A DNA stretch of 64,000 bases from Chthonomonas calidirosea (GCA_945859975.1 CAMAPH010000003.1:90871-154870); one strand, 5' to 3'; positions 1 through 9,783 are shown, counted from the stretch's first letter. Program-made: numbers and translations. Notes: generated from the letters alone by a model not told the origin.

Positions 1-722
1 CGATGATCGTGGACGAATGGGGTCCGTACGATTTTAAGCGCCCCATTCTTCGTGTCAAGCCGATGTCCGACACCTCGACCGGCCTCGTGCTGCAGTTGCT
101 CGGTCCAAAAGGGACTTGGAAGATCAAGAGCAGCAAAGGCGTAACCGCCGTGCTCAACTCCAAGGTCAGCCCCGCCGAGATCACGTTGCAGCGCGATACA
201 AAGGTGCCAGACCGGAATCTCACCGTCACGTACAACGGCGCGGAAACCGTGGACTATCGTGGAGTTCAGACGCCAAAGAACACCGACGTCGACGTGACGT
301 GGCGCGAGTTTCGTGCCGAAGCCGAGTGGGACGTGAACTTTTACCTCTGGGATCCGGCCACCCAAGATCCGCGCAAGGACGACCAGGCCTTCCGCCGCAA
401 CCCCGTATTGACCAGCGAGAAGGTCAAAGAACTCGACTTCGCGGGCTACGGCAGGTTTGCGAAGGGTGTTCCGGCAACGCACTTTGCCACCACCGCCGAG
501 ACGGAGATCGAACTTCCATCTGGCCGCTACGAGTTCTCCGTCGTCGCCGATGACGGCATTCGCTTGTATGTTGATGGCGAACTGGTCATCAAGGACGGTT
601 GGAAGTACCAGGGACCGACCGAATACAAAACGGTGTTCTCGGGCGGGAAGCGAAAACTCAGGATCGAACACTTTCAGATCGACGGATATGCGTCGCTGAA
701 GACAAAAATTCGACGACTGTGA
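1..722 (+). CDS. PA14-domain protein, C-terminal part (5' truncated by window)
   Basis: C-terminal PA14-like motif G-R-Y-E-F-SVVADDGIRLYVDGELVI-W...IEHFQ; ORF begins at window edge. Confidence 0.7.
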   Translation, partial: MIVDEWGPYDFKRPILRVKPMSDTSTGLVLQLLGPKGTWKIKSSKGVTAVLNSKVSPAEITLQRDTKVPDRNLTVTYNGAETVDYRGVQTPKNTDVDVTWREFRAEAEWDVNFYLWDPATQDPRKDDQAFRRNPVLTSEKVKELDFAGYGRFAKGVPATHFATTAETEIELPSGRYEFSVVADDGIRLYVDGELVIKDGWKYQGPTEYKTVFSGGKRKLRIEHFQIDGYASLKTKIRRL

Positions 723-764
723 GCCGGAAAGACAAAACTGTGCGGGGAATTGTCAACTCCTTTG

Positions 765-770
765 TATAAT
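765..770 (+). promoter_or_regulatory. possible sigma70 -10 element for the ATP-grasp operon
   Basis: perfect TATAAT 47 nt upstream of ATG 818; no well-spaced -35 seen. Confidence 0.4.
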
Positions 771-817
771 GCGGCATCTCCAAGGCGCGCAACGAGGCTC
801 GCCCGCGATTCTTCCTA

Positions 818-2329
818 ATGCAAAACGAGTCTCCTTCGCTGTTTGACGCCTACGATCGAGGCGGGTTTTACGATGAGATGCTGACCGAAAATGGTCCGCG
901 GGCTCATTACCAAAAGCTGTTTCAGAACCTTTCGGCGATGTCCCCGCACGACTTCCGAGCGCGGACCGAGTTGGCGGATTTGACCTTGATGAATCAAGGA
1001 ATTACCTTCACGGTGTACGGAGACGAGGAAGGAACGGAGAAACCCTTCCCGGTTGACTTGGTGCCCCGCATTATCCCGGCAAACGAATGGGCACACCTCG
1101 AGCGAGGTCTCGGCCAGCGCGTTCGCGCGTTGAACCTGTTTCTCCACGACGTTTATCACGAGGCCAAAATCCTTTCCGACGGCCCGATCCCGCGTGATCT
1201 CGTGGTCAACGCTCCGAACTTCCGGAGAAACTTCATTGGCGCAAACGTCCCGGGCGATATCTACATCCACATTTGCGGCTCGGACTTGATCCGTGATGGG
1301 GATGGAACCTACCGCGTCCTGGAAGACAACTGCCGAACCCCGAGTGGTGTGAGCTACATGCTGGAAAACCGGCTGATCCTCACCCGAGTTTTTCCGGGGC
1401 TGTTCCGCGAAAACAGCGTTCGCCCGATCGATGACTACCCGAGCGTGCTGCTCAACAACCTCCGATCGTTTGCCCCTCCAGGGCGAGAAGAACCCAACGT
1501 GGTCCTGCTAACACCGGGCGTCTATAACTCGGCTTACTTCGAGCACGCTTTCCTTGCCCAACAAATGGGCATCGAATTGGTCGAAGGGCGCGACCTGTTT
1601 GTAGACGACAACATGGTCTTCGTCAAGACCACCCGAGGTCCGCAGCGGGTCGATGTCATTTACCGCCGCATCGACGACGATTTCTTGGATCCGCTTGTCT
1701 TCCGCCCCGAGAGCGCGCTCGGCGTTCCAGGCATCGTAAATGCCTACCGAAGCGGCAACGTCGTTCTGGCCAACGGAATCGGAACCGGCGTTGCCGATGA
1801 CAAGGCGATCTACCCGTTCGTGCCCGACATGATTCGCTACTACCTTGGTGAAGAGCCGATCTTGGAGCAAGTTCCAACCTATCTCGGCTGGCGAGAGAGT
1901 GACCTTCAGTACATGAAAGACCACGCAAAGGACCTGGTTTTCAAGGCCACCAACGAAAGCGGCGGCTACGGAATGCTCATTGGTCCCCAAGCCAGCCCAA
2001 CCGAAATTTCCGACTACCTGAATCAAGTCATGGCTGACCCGCGCAACTACATCGCCCAACCACTGATTGCCCTTTCCCGAAGCCCGTGCTTTGTGGAGGA
2101 TAAGTTTGAAGGGAGGCACGTTGACCTTCGGCCATTCATTCTCTGCGGAAAAGATTCCGTCACGATCATGCCCGGAGGCCTGACGCGGGTGGCGCTTCGA
2201 AAAGGATCGTATGTCGTCAACTCAAGCCAGGGCGGCGGCAGCAAAGACACTTGGGTCCTGGGAGAATCGCGAAACGTGATGCAGCAAAGCATGGGCTCAA
2301 TGGTCCAGCGCATGGAGGGAGGATGCTAA
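818..2329 (+). CDS. circularly permuted type 2 ATP-grasp protein
   Basis: motifs GITFTVY, PRII, VLEDNCRTPSGVSY, LTPGVYNSAYFEH, DVIYRRIDD, GVADDK, GGLTRVAL, VVNSSQGGGSKDTW. Confidence 0.93.
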   Translation: MQNESPSLFDAYDRGGFYDEMLTENGPRAHYQKLFQNLSAMSPHDFRARTELADLTLMNQGITFTVYGDEEGTEKPFPVDLVPRIIPANEWAHLERGLGQRVRALNLFLHDVYHEAKILSDGPIPRDLVVNAPNFRRNFIGANVPGDIYIHICGSDLIRDGDGTYRVLEDNCRTPSGVSYMLENRLILTRVFPGLFRENSVRPIDDYPSVLLNNLRSFAPPGREEPNVVLLTPGVYNSAYFEHAFLAQQMGIELVEGRDLFVDDNMVFVKTTRGPQRVDVIYRRIDDDFLDPLVFRPESALGVPGIVNAYRSGNVVLANGIGTGVADDKAIYPFVPDMIRYYLGEEPILEQVPTYLGWRESDLQYMKDHAKDLVFKATNESGGYGMLIGPQASPTEISDYLNQVMADPRNYIAQPLIALSRSPCFVEDKFEGRHVDLRPFILCGKDSVTIMPGGLTRVALRKGSYVVNSSQGGGSKDTWVLGESRNVMQQSMGSMVQRMEGGC

Positions 2330-3321
2330 GCCGACACGCCGATTGCGCTTTCTGGATCGGTCGCTATATCGAGCGTGCCGAAGCTACGGCGCGCATGATC
2401 GACGTGCATTATCACTTCGGCCTAGAAAGTCCACTGGTGGGCCGAGCGCTCACGTGGGAGGCGATTCTCGCCATCTCGGGCCAGAAGAAGAAATTCAACT
2501 TGCGCTACCGAGAGATCAACGAGCGCAATATCCTGCATTTCTTCGCGTTCGACCAAAACAATTCGAACTCGATTCTGAACTGCGTCCGTTTGGCCCGCGA
2601 GAACGGGCGAGCAATCCGCGACCAGATTTCCAGCGAAATGTGGGAGTCGCTTAATCGCTACTATCTCGACTATCGGCGTTGGAACGTGGATCGGGTCATC
2701 TCCGAGTCGCCGTTTGCGTTCTTCCAAAGCGTCAAGAACGGCTCTCACCTTTTCCAAGGCATCACCAACCGAACGCTGATGATGGGCGAGACCCGCGACT
2801 TTCACGATGCTGGGCGCTTCTTAGAGCGAGCCGACCAAACGGCCCGAATTCTGGACGTGAAGTACCACGACTTGCTTCCTCGATTTACTTCTGATGTCTC
2901 TATTCCGGCCCCCACCGATCCAGCGGTTGTCGATCCGTTCTCGGTTGGCGGCACGGTCGATACCCACGGCTGGACCGCCGTTCTGAAGTCCGTTGGCGCT
3001 TTCGAAGCCTTCCGCAAGACTTATCGGCAAGGGGTCACCCCGGCGCGGGTCGCCGAGTTTCTGATCCTCAACCCTCAATTCCCGGCCTCGGTTCGACACA
3101 GCATCGGTCGCGTCGAAGGCTGCGTTCGGCGGGTAAGTGGAAATCGCGACCTCAGCCCGAGTAACCCAGCTGAGCGTGCCGTCGGGCGCCTGTACAACGA
3201 CCTCAATTATCTGCGCGCAGATGAGATCATCGCTTCTGGACTTCACGAGTTTTTGGAAACGGTCGAGAAAAGGTGCGCAGAAATCGGCTTTGCAATCGGC
3301 GCAACCTATCTAAAATACTAG
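2323..3321 (+). CDS. alpha-E domain protein
   Basis: MLSRHA..FWIGRYIERAE, ARENGRAIRDQIS, GRFLERAD; ATG 2323 follows GGAGGGAGG RBS and overlaps upstream gene end. Confidence 0.92.
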   Translation: MLSRHADCAFWIGRYIERAEATARMIDVHYHFGLESPLVGRALTWEAILAISGQKKKFNLRYREINERNILHFFAFDQNNSNSILNCVRLARENGRAIRDQISSEMWESLNRYYLDYRRWNVDRVISESPFAFFQSVKNGSHLFQGITNRTLMMGETRDFHDAGRFLERADQTARILDVKYHDLLPRFTSDVSIPAPTDPAVVDPFSVGGTVDTHGWTAVLKSVGAFEAFRKTYRQGVTPARVAEFLILNPQFPASVRHSIGRVEGCVRRVSGNRDLSPSNPAERAVGRLYNDLNYLRADEIIASGLHEFLETVEKRCAEIGFAIGATYLKY

Positions 3322-3361
3322 TCCTTTTGGGACCAACGCTCGTCCGTATTTCACCTTTACC

Positions 3362-4249
3362 ATGTACCTTCAAATTCGGCACCAAACGGAGTATCGCTAC
3401 TCCGGAGTGTGCACCGAGAGCCATAACGAAATTCGAGTGCAACCGTTCGATAATGAGTTTCAACGGCTTCTTGAGTTTAAACTCCAAACCTCGCCGGCCG
3501 TACGCATCTATCATCACCAAGAAATTGGCGGCACGGTTCACCACTTCAGCATTCGGGCGTGGCACGAGCGGCTCGTGATCGAAGCCAGCGCAACCGTCGA
3601 AACCCTCGCGTTCAATCCATTCTCGCGGGTAAATCTCGTTAACCTTGATTTCGATTTCTACAAGACTGACTTCGTAAAGCAGAACTACGCAGAATTCCTG
3701 GTTCCGTCCTTATACGTTCCACACTTGCCGGAAGCGCATCAACTCGCCGTACCGTTCTTAGACCCAAGCAAGCCAGCGGCCGTTGGCCTGCTCGATCTCA
3801 ATAGGCACTTCCATGAATGGCTCTCGTACGACACGGACGCGACTCACGTCCAGTCCACCTTGCCCGAAGTGCTCCAAAAGCGGGCTGGCGTTTGCCAGGA
3901 CTTTGCCCACCTTATGCTGGCCGCTTGCCGAAGTCACGGAATCCCCGCGCGCTACGTCAGCGGATACTTGTACATCGGTAAAGATTCCAGCATGCGCGGA
4001 GAGCAAGCGACTCACGCGTGGATTGAATGCCTAATGCCGGACGGAAAATGGGTTGGCTTTGACCCTACAAACAATCTGCTCGTGAACAACCAGTACGTGA
4101 AAATTCACTGGGGCCTGGACTACGGCGATGTATCACCCACGAAGGGCGTTTACATCGGTCCGAAAACCGAGAGCCTCTCAATCCACGTTGGAATCAAAGA
4201 ACTCGTGCCGTCAGAAGTCTCGGTTCTAAACTACACGCCTATCGCTTGA
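3362..4249 (+). CDS. transglutaminase-like protein (bacterial transglutaminase N domain + core)
   Basis: N-terminal IRHQTEYRY; GVCQDFAH, ARYVSGY, HAW, GFDPTN, DYGDVSP. Confidence 0.92.
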   Translation: MYLQIRHQTEYRYSGVCTESHNEIRVQPFDNEFQRLLEFKLQTSPAVRIYHHQEIGGTVHHFSIRAWHERLVIEASATVETLAFNPFSRVNLVNLDFDFYKTDFVKQNYAEFLVPSLYVPHLPEAHQLAVPFLDPSKPAAVGLLDLNRHFHEWLSYDTDATHVQSTLPEVLQKRAGVCQDFAHLMLAACRSHGIPARYVSGYLYIGKDSSMRGEQATHAWIECLMPDGKWVGFDPTNNLLVNNQYVKIHWGLDYGDVSPTKGVYIGPKTESLSIHVGIKELVPSEVSVLNYTPIA

Positions 4250-4799
4250 CGAGTTTCCACGCCGCAGGCAGCATGCCCCAAGCGATTACGGACTTCGCAA
4301 ACGCGCCGGAAATAAAGGGCGCGACGCCAAGGTTCCACGCCTGACCGGAAGGAACAAAGAAGCTCAGCCAAGTGGCGCCTACGGCGAGAATCACGACGTT
4401 GGAAATCACCAATCCGAGGCCAAGGCCCCATACATTCTTGGTCCAACCACGCTCGGTGGCCCAGCCAAGGAGCCAAGCTGCCATTGCGAAAGCCACGAGG
4501 TATCCACCCGTTGGCCCCATCAACTTTGCCGGTCCACCCGAGAACTCTGCAAAGATTGGTAATCCAGCCGCCCCGGCAAGCACGTAAGAAACCTGAGTCG
4601 CTGCGGCCAATCGTGCTCCGTAGGTTAGACCGCAGACGGTAACCGCGAGCGTTTGCAGCGTAAATGGCACCGGCTGCCACGGCAACGAACATTGCGCTGC
4701 GAGTGCGGTGAACAGCACGCCAAAGATCACTAACCCGATGTCGCGAACCAAAGTCCGGTTCGGCAGAACGTATGACACCAAGGTCGCCTCTGAGTTCAT
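4239..4799 (-). CDS. bioY: biotin transporter BioY
   Basis: PVPFTLQ, GLPIFA, GPTGGYL motifs; hydrophobic. Confidence 0.92.
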   Translation of the reverse strand: MNSEATLVSYVLPNRTLVRDIGLVIFGVLFTALAAQCSLPWQPVPFTLQTLAVTVCGLTYGARLAAATQVSYVLAGAAGLPIFAEFSGGPAKLMGPTGGYLVAFAMAAWLLGWATERGWTKNVWGLGLGLVISNVVILAVGATWLSFFVPSGQAWNLGVAPFISGAFAKSVIAWGMLPAAWKLVKR

Positions 4800-4844
4800 A
4801 TCAAGAGTTTGTACCCTTATGCAGGGTTGGGTAACTTCCCAGAC

Positions 4845-5897
4845 ATGCCTTCGGTTTCGTTTTCCGTGCTATCCCTGCAGAAGTTGTATCCATTGGCGAT
4901 CAGCCGCGGAGTGATGACATCGTCGGACAACCTCTTTGTCACGGTTCGAGATGGCGATCTAGAAGGCATTGGCGAACTCTCTCCCGCAACCGGATCAGCT
5001 TGGACCGCCGTGTCTGGCCAAGCCCAACTGACGGCCTTCGTTGATCTCTGGAGTGCGGACCCAGATTTTCTTTCGCCCCACGTGACGTACCAGCGCATGT
5101 TGGAGGCAACTATCGATCCTCCGGCCATGGCCGCCTTAGATGTTGCGCTTTGGGATCTCCTGGCAAAGCGGGCGGGACTGCCCTTGTACCGCCTTCTGGG
5201 CTTGCCGTTGCCGACCGTGCCGACCAGCGTCACGATCGGAATCAATCCACCCGAAGTCACGCGTGAGCGGGTGCCAGACATTCTTCGCCGAACCGGCGCA
5301 AAGTGCCTAAAGATCAAGCTGGGTTCGCCGGATGGGCGCGAACACGACCGCGCCCATTTCCTCGCCGCTGCTGAAGCGGCAGCACCCTTCAACGCCGCCC
5401 TCCGGGTTGACGCTAACGGCGGCTGGACGGTGGATGAAACCAATGAGATGATTCCTTGGCTTGCGGATCGCGGTGTGGAATATGTCGAGCAGCCATTGCC
5501 GAAGGGAGCAGAGGCAGATCTTCCTCGTGTGTTTGAGAACCGCAAACTGCCCATCTTCGTGGATGAAAGTTGCCGCACCAGCCACGATATTCCGAGCTTC
5601 GCTAAGTACACCGACGGCGTGAACTTGAAGCTCATGAAATGCGGCGGAATAACGGAAGCCTTGCGAATCGTGGGGACGGCTCGCGCTCATGGCCTACAAA
5701 CGATGATCGGCTGCATGAGTGAGGCATCCATTGCGATCGCCGCCGGAGCCGCGATCGGTGCGCTCTTCGACTACATCGATTTGGACAGCCACCTGAATCT
5801 GAATCCGGACCCGGCATCTGGTGCTCCAATCATCGATGGCGTTGTCATTCCAACCGAGGCCCCAGGTCATGGAGCTCAACTCAATGCTTCCAACTAA
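4845..5897 (+). CDS. dipeptide epimerase (L-Ala-D/L-Glu epimerase, enolase superfamily)
   Basis: KIKLG, VDANGGW, EQP, DE, NLKLMKCGG, MIGCM, DLD; start placed at ATG 4845. Confidence 0.88.
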   Translation: MPSVSFSVLSLQKLYPLAISRGVMTSSDNLFVTVRDGDLEGIGELSPATGSAWTAVSGQAQLTAFVDLWSADPDFLSPHVTYQRMLEATIDPPAMAALDVALWDLLAKRAGLPLYRLLGLPLPTVPTSVTIGINPPEVTRERVPDILRRTGAKCLKIKLGSPDGREHDRAHFLAAAEAAAPFNAALRVDANGGWTVDETNEMIPWLADRGVEYVEQPLPKGAEADLPRVFENRKLPIFVDESCRTSHDIPSFAKYTDGVNLKLMKCGGITEALRIVGTARAHGLQTMIGCMSEASIAIAAGAAIGALFDYIDLDSHLNLNPDPASGAPIIDGVVIPTEAPGHGAQLNASN

Positions 5898-6939
5898 CGC
5901 CAAACTCGCGCTATACATGGAGCAGAGCCTCACCATTCCCGCCGGGAAGATGGGGCACGGCGTTCTTCGGTACTCGCCAAACGAGATCAGCGCCGTGATT
6001 GACTCCGAATTCGCCGGGAGATCAACCGGCGAGTTCGGTTTCCCGCGAGATGTTCCGATTGTCGCATCCGTTGAGGACGCCGCCGCCCTCGGTGCAAATG
6101 TCTTCGTTCTTGGGATTGCACCATCTGGAGGCGCAATTCCCGCCGAATGGTTTACGGTCATCGATCGGGCAGTCGAACTCAAAATGTCGCTGGTGAACGG
6201 ACTTCACGACCGTCTAGGCGCACGCTATACCGACCTCCCACGCCTTGAAGATGCCAAGGGCCGTGCTCAATGGGTCTGGGACATCCGAGTTGAACCCACT
6301 GGATTGGTGAACGGCACTGGATTGGCCGCAAAGTTCAATAACCGCCGTGTGCTGATCATCGGAACCGATATGGCGGTGGGGAAAATGACCGCCGGTCTAG
6401 AGATCAACCGCCTTGCGCTTGAGCGAGGCATCAAATCCGCGTTCGTGGCAACGGGCCAGATCGGAATCACGATCACCGGTGGCGGAGTTCCTCTCGATTG
6501 CGTCCGCGTGGACTTTGCGAGTGGCTCCATTGAGCGAGAAGTAGTCGCCGCAAGTTCAGCTGGCGCGGACTTGGTGATCATCGAGGGCCAAGGCTCCTTG
6601 GCACATCCGAGCAGCACGGCGAACCTACCACTTTTGCGCGGCTCGTGCCCAACGCATCTTCTGCTTTGCGTTCGAGCCAAGCAAGAGCACTTAAAGATGC
6701 TTGAGCACATCAAGGTTCCGGACCTTCGCCAGTTCATCACGTTGTATGAGGACCTTGCGGAGGCTGCTGGAACCTACCTACGCCCGAAAACGGTGGCGGT
6801 CGCCGTGAACACCGCCCATCTTTCCGAAGCGGAAGCCATTCCGGCGATTAAGGAGATTGAGGACCGGCTGCAGTTGCCTGCCGCCGATCCAGTTCGTCAG
6901 GGTCCGGTGCGATTGCTGGATGCTCTCGTTAGCCCATAG
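5884..6939 (+). CDS. DUF1611 family protein (DgcN-like)
   Basis: GIAPSGG, NGLH, GTDMAVGKMT, ATGQIG, IEGQGSLAHP; coupled to epimerase. Confidence 0.88.
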   Translation: MLPTNAKLALYMEQSLTIPAGKMGHGVLRYSPNEISAVIDSEFAGRSTGEFGFPRDVPIVASVEDAAALGANVFVLGIAPSGGAIPAEWFTVIDRAVELKMSLVNGLHDRLGARYTDLPRLEDAKGRAQWVWDIRVEPTGLVNGTGLAAKFNNRRVLIIGTDMAVGKMTAGLEINRLALERGIKSAFVATGQIGITITGGGVPLDCVRVDFASGSIEREVVAASSAGADLVIIEGQGSLAHPSSTANLPLLRGSCPTHLLLCVRAKQEHLKMLEHIKVPDLRQFITLYEDLAEAAGTYLRPKTVAVAVNTAHLSEAEAIPAIKEIEDRLQLPAADPVRQGPVRLLDALVSP

Positions 6940-8161
6940 GAGCAACGTTCCAAAGGGCTGCCATCGGCAAGCCGATGATGTGCTTGTTAATGCGAACCGT
7001 TCGAGTGCCATCGTACAGAATGACCCCGCGATGGAATCGCTCGGGATCGAGCGACTGGAGATACTCCAGCCCGTGCGAGTCACTCGGACTTAGGCTTCTT
7101 GAAGCTTTCACTTCAATACCGACAATCTTTCGGTCACCGACTTCCAGAACAAAGTCGACCTCTTTCTGACGCACCGTTCGCAGGTGGTGCAGCCATGGAC
7201 GAACGTCGGAGTACGTCTGCAGTCGAGCAAGCTCATTCGCCACAAAGCCCTCCAAAATCGGCCCAAGCCGCAGTCGATCCTGCTTCAGATGACTTGCCTC
7301 GATGTGCAGGAGGTGACTCGTCAGCAACGAATCACACAGGTACACCTTCGGTGACTTGACGAACCTCGTGCCGATGTTGCCGGACCACGCAGGTACCTGC
7401 TGGACCAAGAACATCTTCGCCATGAGATCGATGTAGCGACGAACCGTGGTGGACGGAATCCCGGTGTCTCGAGAAAGACTGTCGATGTTCAACGTGCCGC
7501 CGTTTCTTGCGGCCAGCAGGCGAAAAATCTGAGGAAACTGACGCGCCCCTTCGATGTTTGCCAAGTCGCGAACGTCACGATCAAGCAGCGTTCGAATGTA
7601 CGAATCTGCCCAGTCCCTACGCCGATCTGCCCTTCGAGCGAGGGCAGGCTGCGGAAATCCGCCCCGGACAACGCGGTCGATGAGATCGTCCTCCTCCGGC
7701 CAGGTCCCGGCCTGAATTGGATCATCCGAAAAGATGCGGTCGATGAAGTTTCCATCATGACCGTCAATTTCAGCCTGAGTGAGCGGAAGAAGATCGAGCA
7801 CCTCCATCCTGCCTGCAAGACTTTCCGAGACCTTCGGTAGCGTCAGTACGTTCGCCGAGCCGGTTAGGAGGTAGCGACCCGCTGTCCGGTTTCGATCAAC
7901 CCGGAGTTTGATCGGAAGCAACATCTTCGGCGCGCGCTGCACTTCGTCGATGGTCACCGCCCCCGGAAAGCTATCCAAGAAATCGCCCGCGTTCGTGGTG
8001 ATTTGCTCAAGAATGACCGGATCGTCAAGCGTGACGTACTCGCGGTCGGTCAGCTCCTCGACCAGCGTGCTCTTGCCCGCCTGTCGGGGACCAACGATCA
8101 TCGCTACCGGATTGTCCGAGAGCGCATCGCGCAGCTTCTTGATAAGTCTTCGCCTGACCAC
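6929..8161 (-). CDS. AAA_14 ATPase with DUF4143 and C-terminal PD-(D/E)xK-like domain
   Basis: Walker A GPRQAGKS, Walker B TIDEVQ, LTGS, SLAGR, GGFP, KSPKVY, EVDFV...GIEVK. Confidence 0.9.
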   Translation of the reverse strand: MVRRRLIKKLRDALSDNPVAMIVGPRQAGKSTLVEELTDREYVTLDDPVILEQITTNAGDFLDSFPGAVTIDEVQRAPKMLLPIKLRVDRNRTAGRYLLTGSANVLTLPKVSESLAGRMEVLDLLPLTQAEIDGHDGNFIDRIFSDDPIQAGTWPEEDDLIDRVVRGGFPQPALARRADRRRDWADSYIRTLLDRDVRDLANIEGARQFPQIFRLLAARNGGTLNIDSLSRDTGIPSTTVRRYIDLMAKMFLVQQVPAWSGNIGTRFVKSPKVYLCDSLLTSHLLHIEASHLKQDRLRLGPILEGFVANELARLQTYSDVRPWLHHLRTVRQKEVDFVLEVGDRKIVGIEVKASRSLSPSDSHGLEYLQSLDPERFHRGVILYDGTRTVRINKHIIGLPMAALWNVAPMG

Positions 8162-8188
8162 AAGAATAATTTACCTAACAACCTGCAC

Positions 8189-8342
8189 AATTCCACCATC
8201 AAGTAGCGGATTTTACACCACTAGATGGAGGATTTTACGCCATTTGTCGGCGGAGGACCCCACAACTCGTGGCGCAGAATTCGTCGATCCACGAAGGATA
8301 ATCCTCCACTTGGTGGCGGATTATCCACCACCAAGTGGAGGA
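8189..8342. repeat. tandem array of seven degenerate 22-bp palindromic units
   Basis: aattccaccatcaagtagcgga / ttttacaccactagatggagga / ttttacgccatttgtcggcgga / ggaccccacaactcgtggcgca / gaattcgtcgatccacgaagga / taatcctccacttggtggcgga / ttatccaccaccaagtggagga; exact 22-bp period. Confidence 0.85.
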
Positions 8343-8396
8343 TTATGACAAATTTTATCAGAAATCAAATTCGATTTCTAAGAAAGAACTGAAAAG

Positions 8397-9098
8397 TCAG
8401 CGACGCGCGGCTACGAGAATTTTGCGCCAGCGCTCAGACAAAAAGTCGGTCGAAACGCCTTTCTTGCCGCTCGAGCTATGAACAAAGTAGCCATTGCCTA
8501 GATAGATACCGGTATGACCAATCTTCCAGCGTCGGTTCTCCCAGAAGTACAACCGATCGCCCTTCTGCAAATCCTCTAAACGCTCGATTGGTTGCCCCAC
8601 CATGGCTTGCTCGGAGGCCGTTCGAGGGAGCTTTAAACCGATCTCGCCGTAAAGTTTCTGAACGAAGGCGCTGCAGTCGATTCCATTCTGGATATCGTTT
8701 CCACCCCACTTGTACGGCGTGCCGATGAAGTTCAACGACCATTGCGCCACCGCGCCACGAGAGGTGGTGCTTGCCAAAGGCAACCCTTTGGATCGCGTAT
8801 TCGACGCGCGAGACACCGTGACTTCATACGGGAGTACGGCTACTTTTGCGGACGGGACGTAGCCTTGGGTGCCGTTTGACATCAACACTTTCAACCACTT
8901 CGGGTTGCTGTACCAATTGACACAGATGTACTCAAACGCCTTGGCAGTGTAATAGGCGCGACTCTGGCTGTTGGGTGCGCGATAGATTTTGGTCGTTTCG
9001 ACGGTTTGGCCATACCGGCCGAGGACCGACTTGGTGTCAGCCGCAAGCACGCCTTGAGCAATCGCTAAGGCGGTTACGGTTAACACCAACGTTTTCAT
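8397..9098 (-). CDS. secreted SH3-like + NlpC/P60 (C40) peptidoglycan endopeptidase
   Basis: signal peptide; GTPYKWGG, DCSAFV, LPRTA, GDRLYF, GHTGIY, FVHSS. Confidence 0.92.
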   Translation of the reverse strand: MKTLVLTVTALAIAQGVLAADTKSVLGRYGQTVETTKIYRAPNSQSRAYYTAKAFEYICVNWYSNPKWLKVLMSNGTQGYVPSAKVAVLPYEVTVSRASNTRSKGLPLASTTSRGAVAQWSLNFIGTPYKWGGNDIQNGIDCSAFVQKLYGEIGLKLPRTASEQAMVGQPIERLEDLQKGDRLYFWENRRWKIGHTGIYLGNGYFVHSSSGKKGVSTDFLSERWRKILVAARR

Positions 9099-9781
9099 TT
9101 CGCCATCACCAACTGAAAGCCCTTCAAAATCCCAATACCGTCCGTTCCACCTAAGATCGATCGCGTTGCTCGTTCTGGGTGTGGCATTAGGCCAAGAACG
9201 TTCCCAGCCTCATTCAATACGCCCGCAATTCCGTCAACGCTCCCGTTCGGGTTTGAGTCCGCATCAAAGGCTCCAGAAGCATTGACGTATCGAAACGCGA
9301 TTTGTGCACGATCTTCCATGCGTTTCAGATCATCGGGCTCGACAACGTAGCGACCTTCTCCGTGAGCGATTGGGATTCGAACAATGTCGGCGGCTTCCGC
9401 GGTCCACGCAGACCGGCGGGTTTCGGTCTTTAAAAAGACATCGCGACATACAAACTTCTGCTGCTCATTTAGCAGCAATGCTCCCGGAAGAAGACCTGCC
9501 TCACAAAGAATCTGAAATCCGTTGCAAGCGCCCAGCACGGGTCCGCCTTCTGCCGCAAAGCGCACAACTTCTTGCATCACGTTCGAGCGCGAGGCCATCG
9601 CGCCACATCGAAGATAGTCGCCGTAGCTGAAGCCGCCCGGAACAAATACTCCGTCGAACCCCTTCAGAGAAGTCTCTTCGTGCCAAACGTACGCGGCATC
9701 AATTCCCATGTCTGCAGTCAGGGCGAAAAACGCGTCCTGATCACAATTTGAACCGGGGAATCGGAGAACCGCGACTTTCAA
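9095..9781 (-). CDS. purQ: FGAM synthase glutaminase subunit PurQ
   Basis: FPGSNCD, PGGFSYGDYLR, GACNGFQ, PIAHGEG, MPHPER. Confidence 0.97.
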   Translation of the reverse strand: MKVAVLRFPGSNCDQDAFFALTADMGIDAAYVWHEETSLKGFDGVFVPGGFSYGDYLRCGAMASRSNVMQEVVRFAAEGGPVLGACNGFQILCEAGLLPGALLLNEQQKFVCRDVFLKTETRRSAWTAEAADIVRIPIAHGEGRYVVEPDDLKRMEDRAQIAFRYVNASGAFDADSNPNGSVDGIAGVLNEAGNVLGLMPHPERATRSILGGTDGIGILKGFQLVMAK

Positions 9782-9783
9782 GG

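Noticed and set aside
8189..8342. CRISPR array
   Set aside because: Units are contiguous and degenerate with no unique spacers, and there are no cas genes in the window.
7908..8348. 146-aa plus-strand ORF spanning the repeat array
   Set aside because: Antisense to the ATPase; the 22-bp period is not a multiple of 3, so the repeat is not a peptide repeat.
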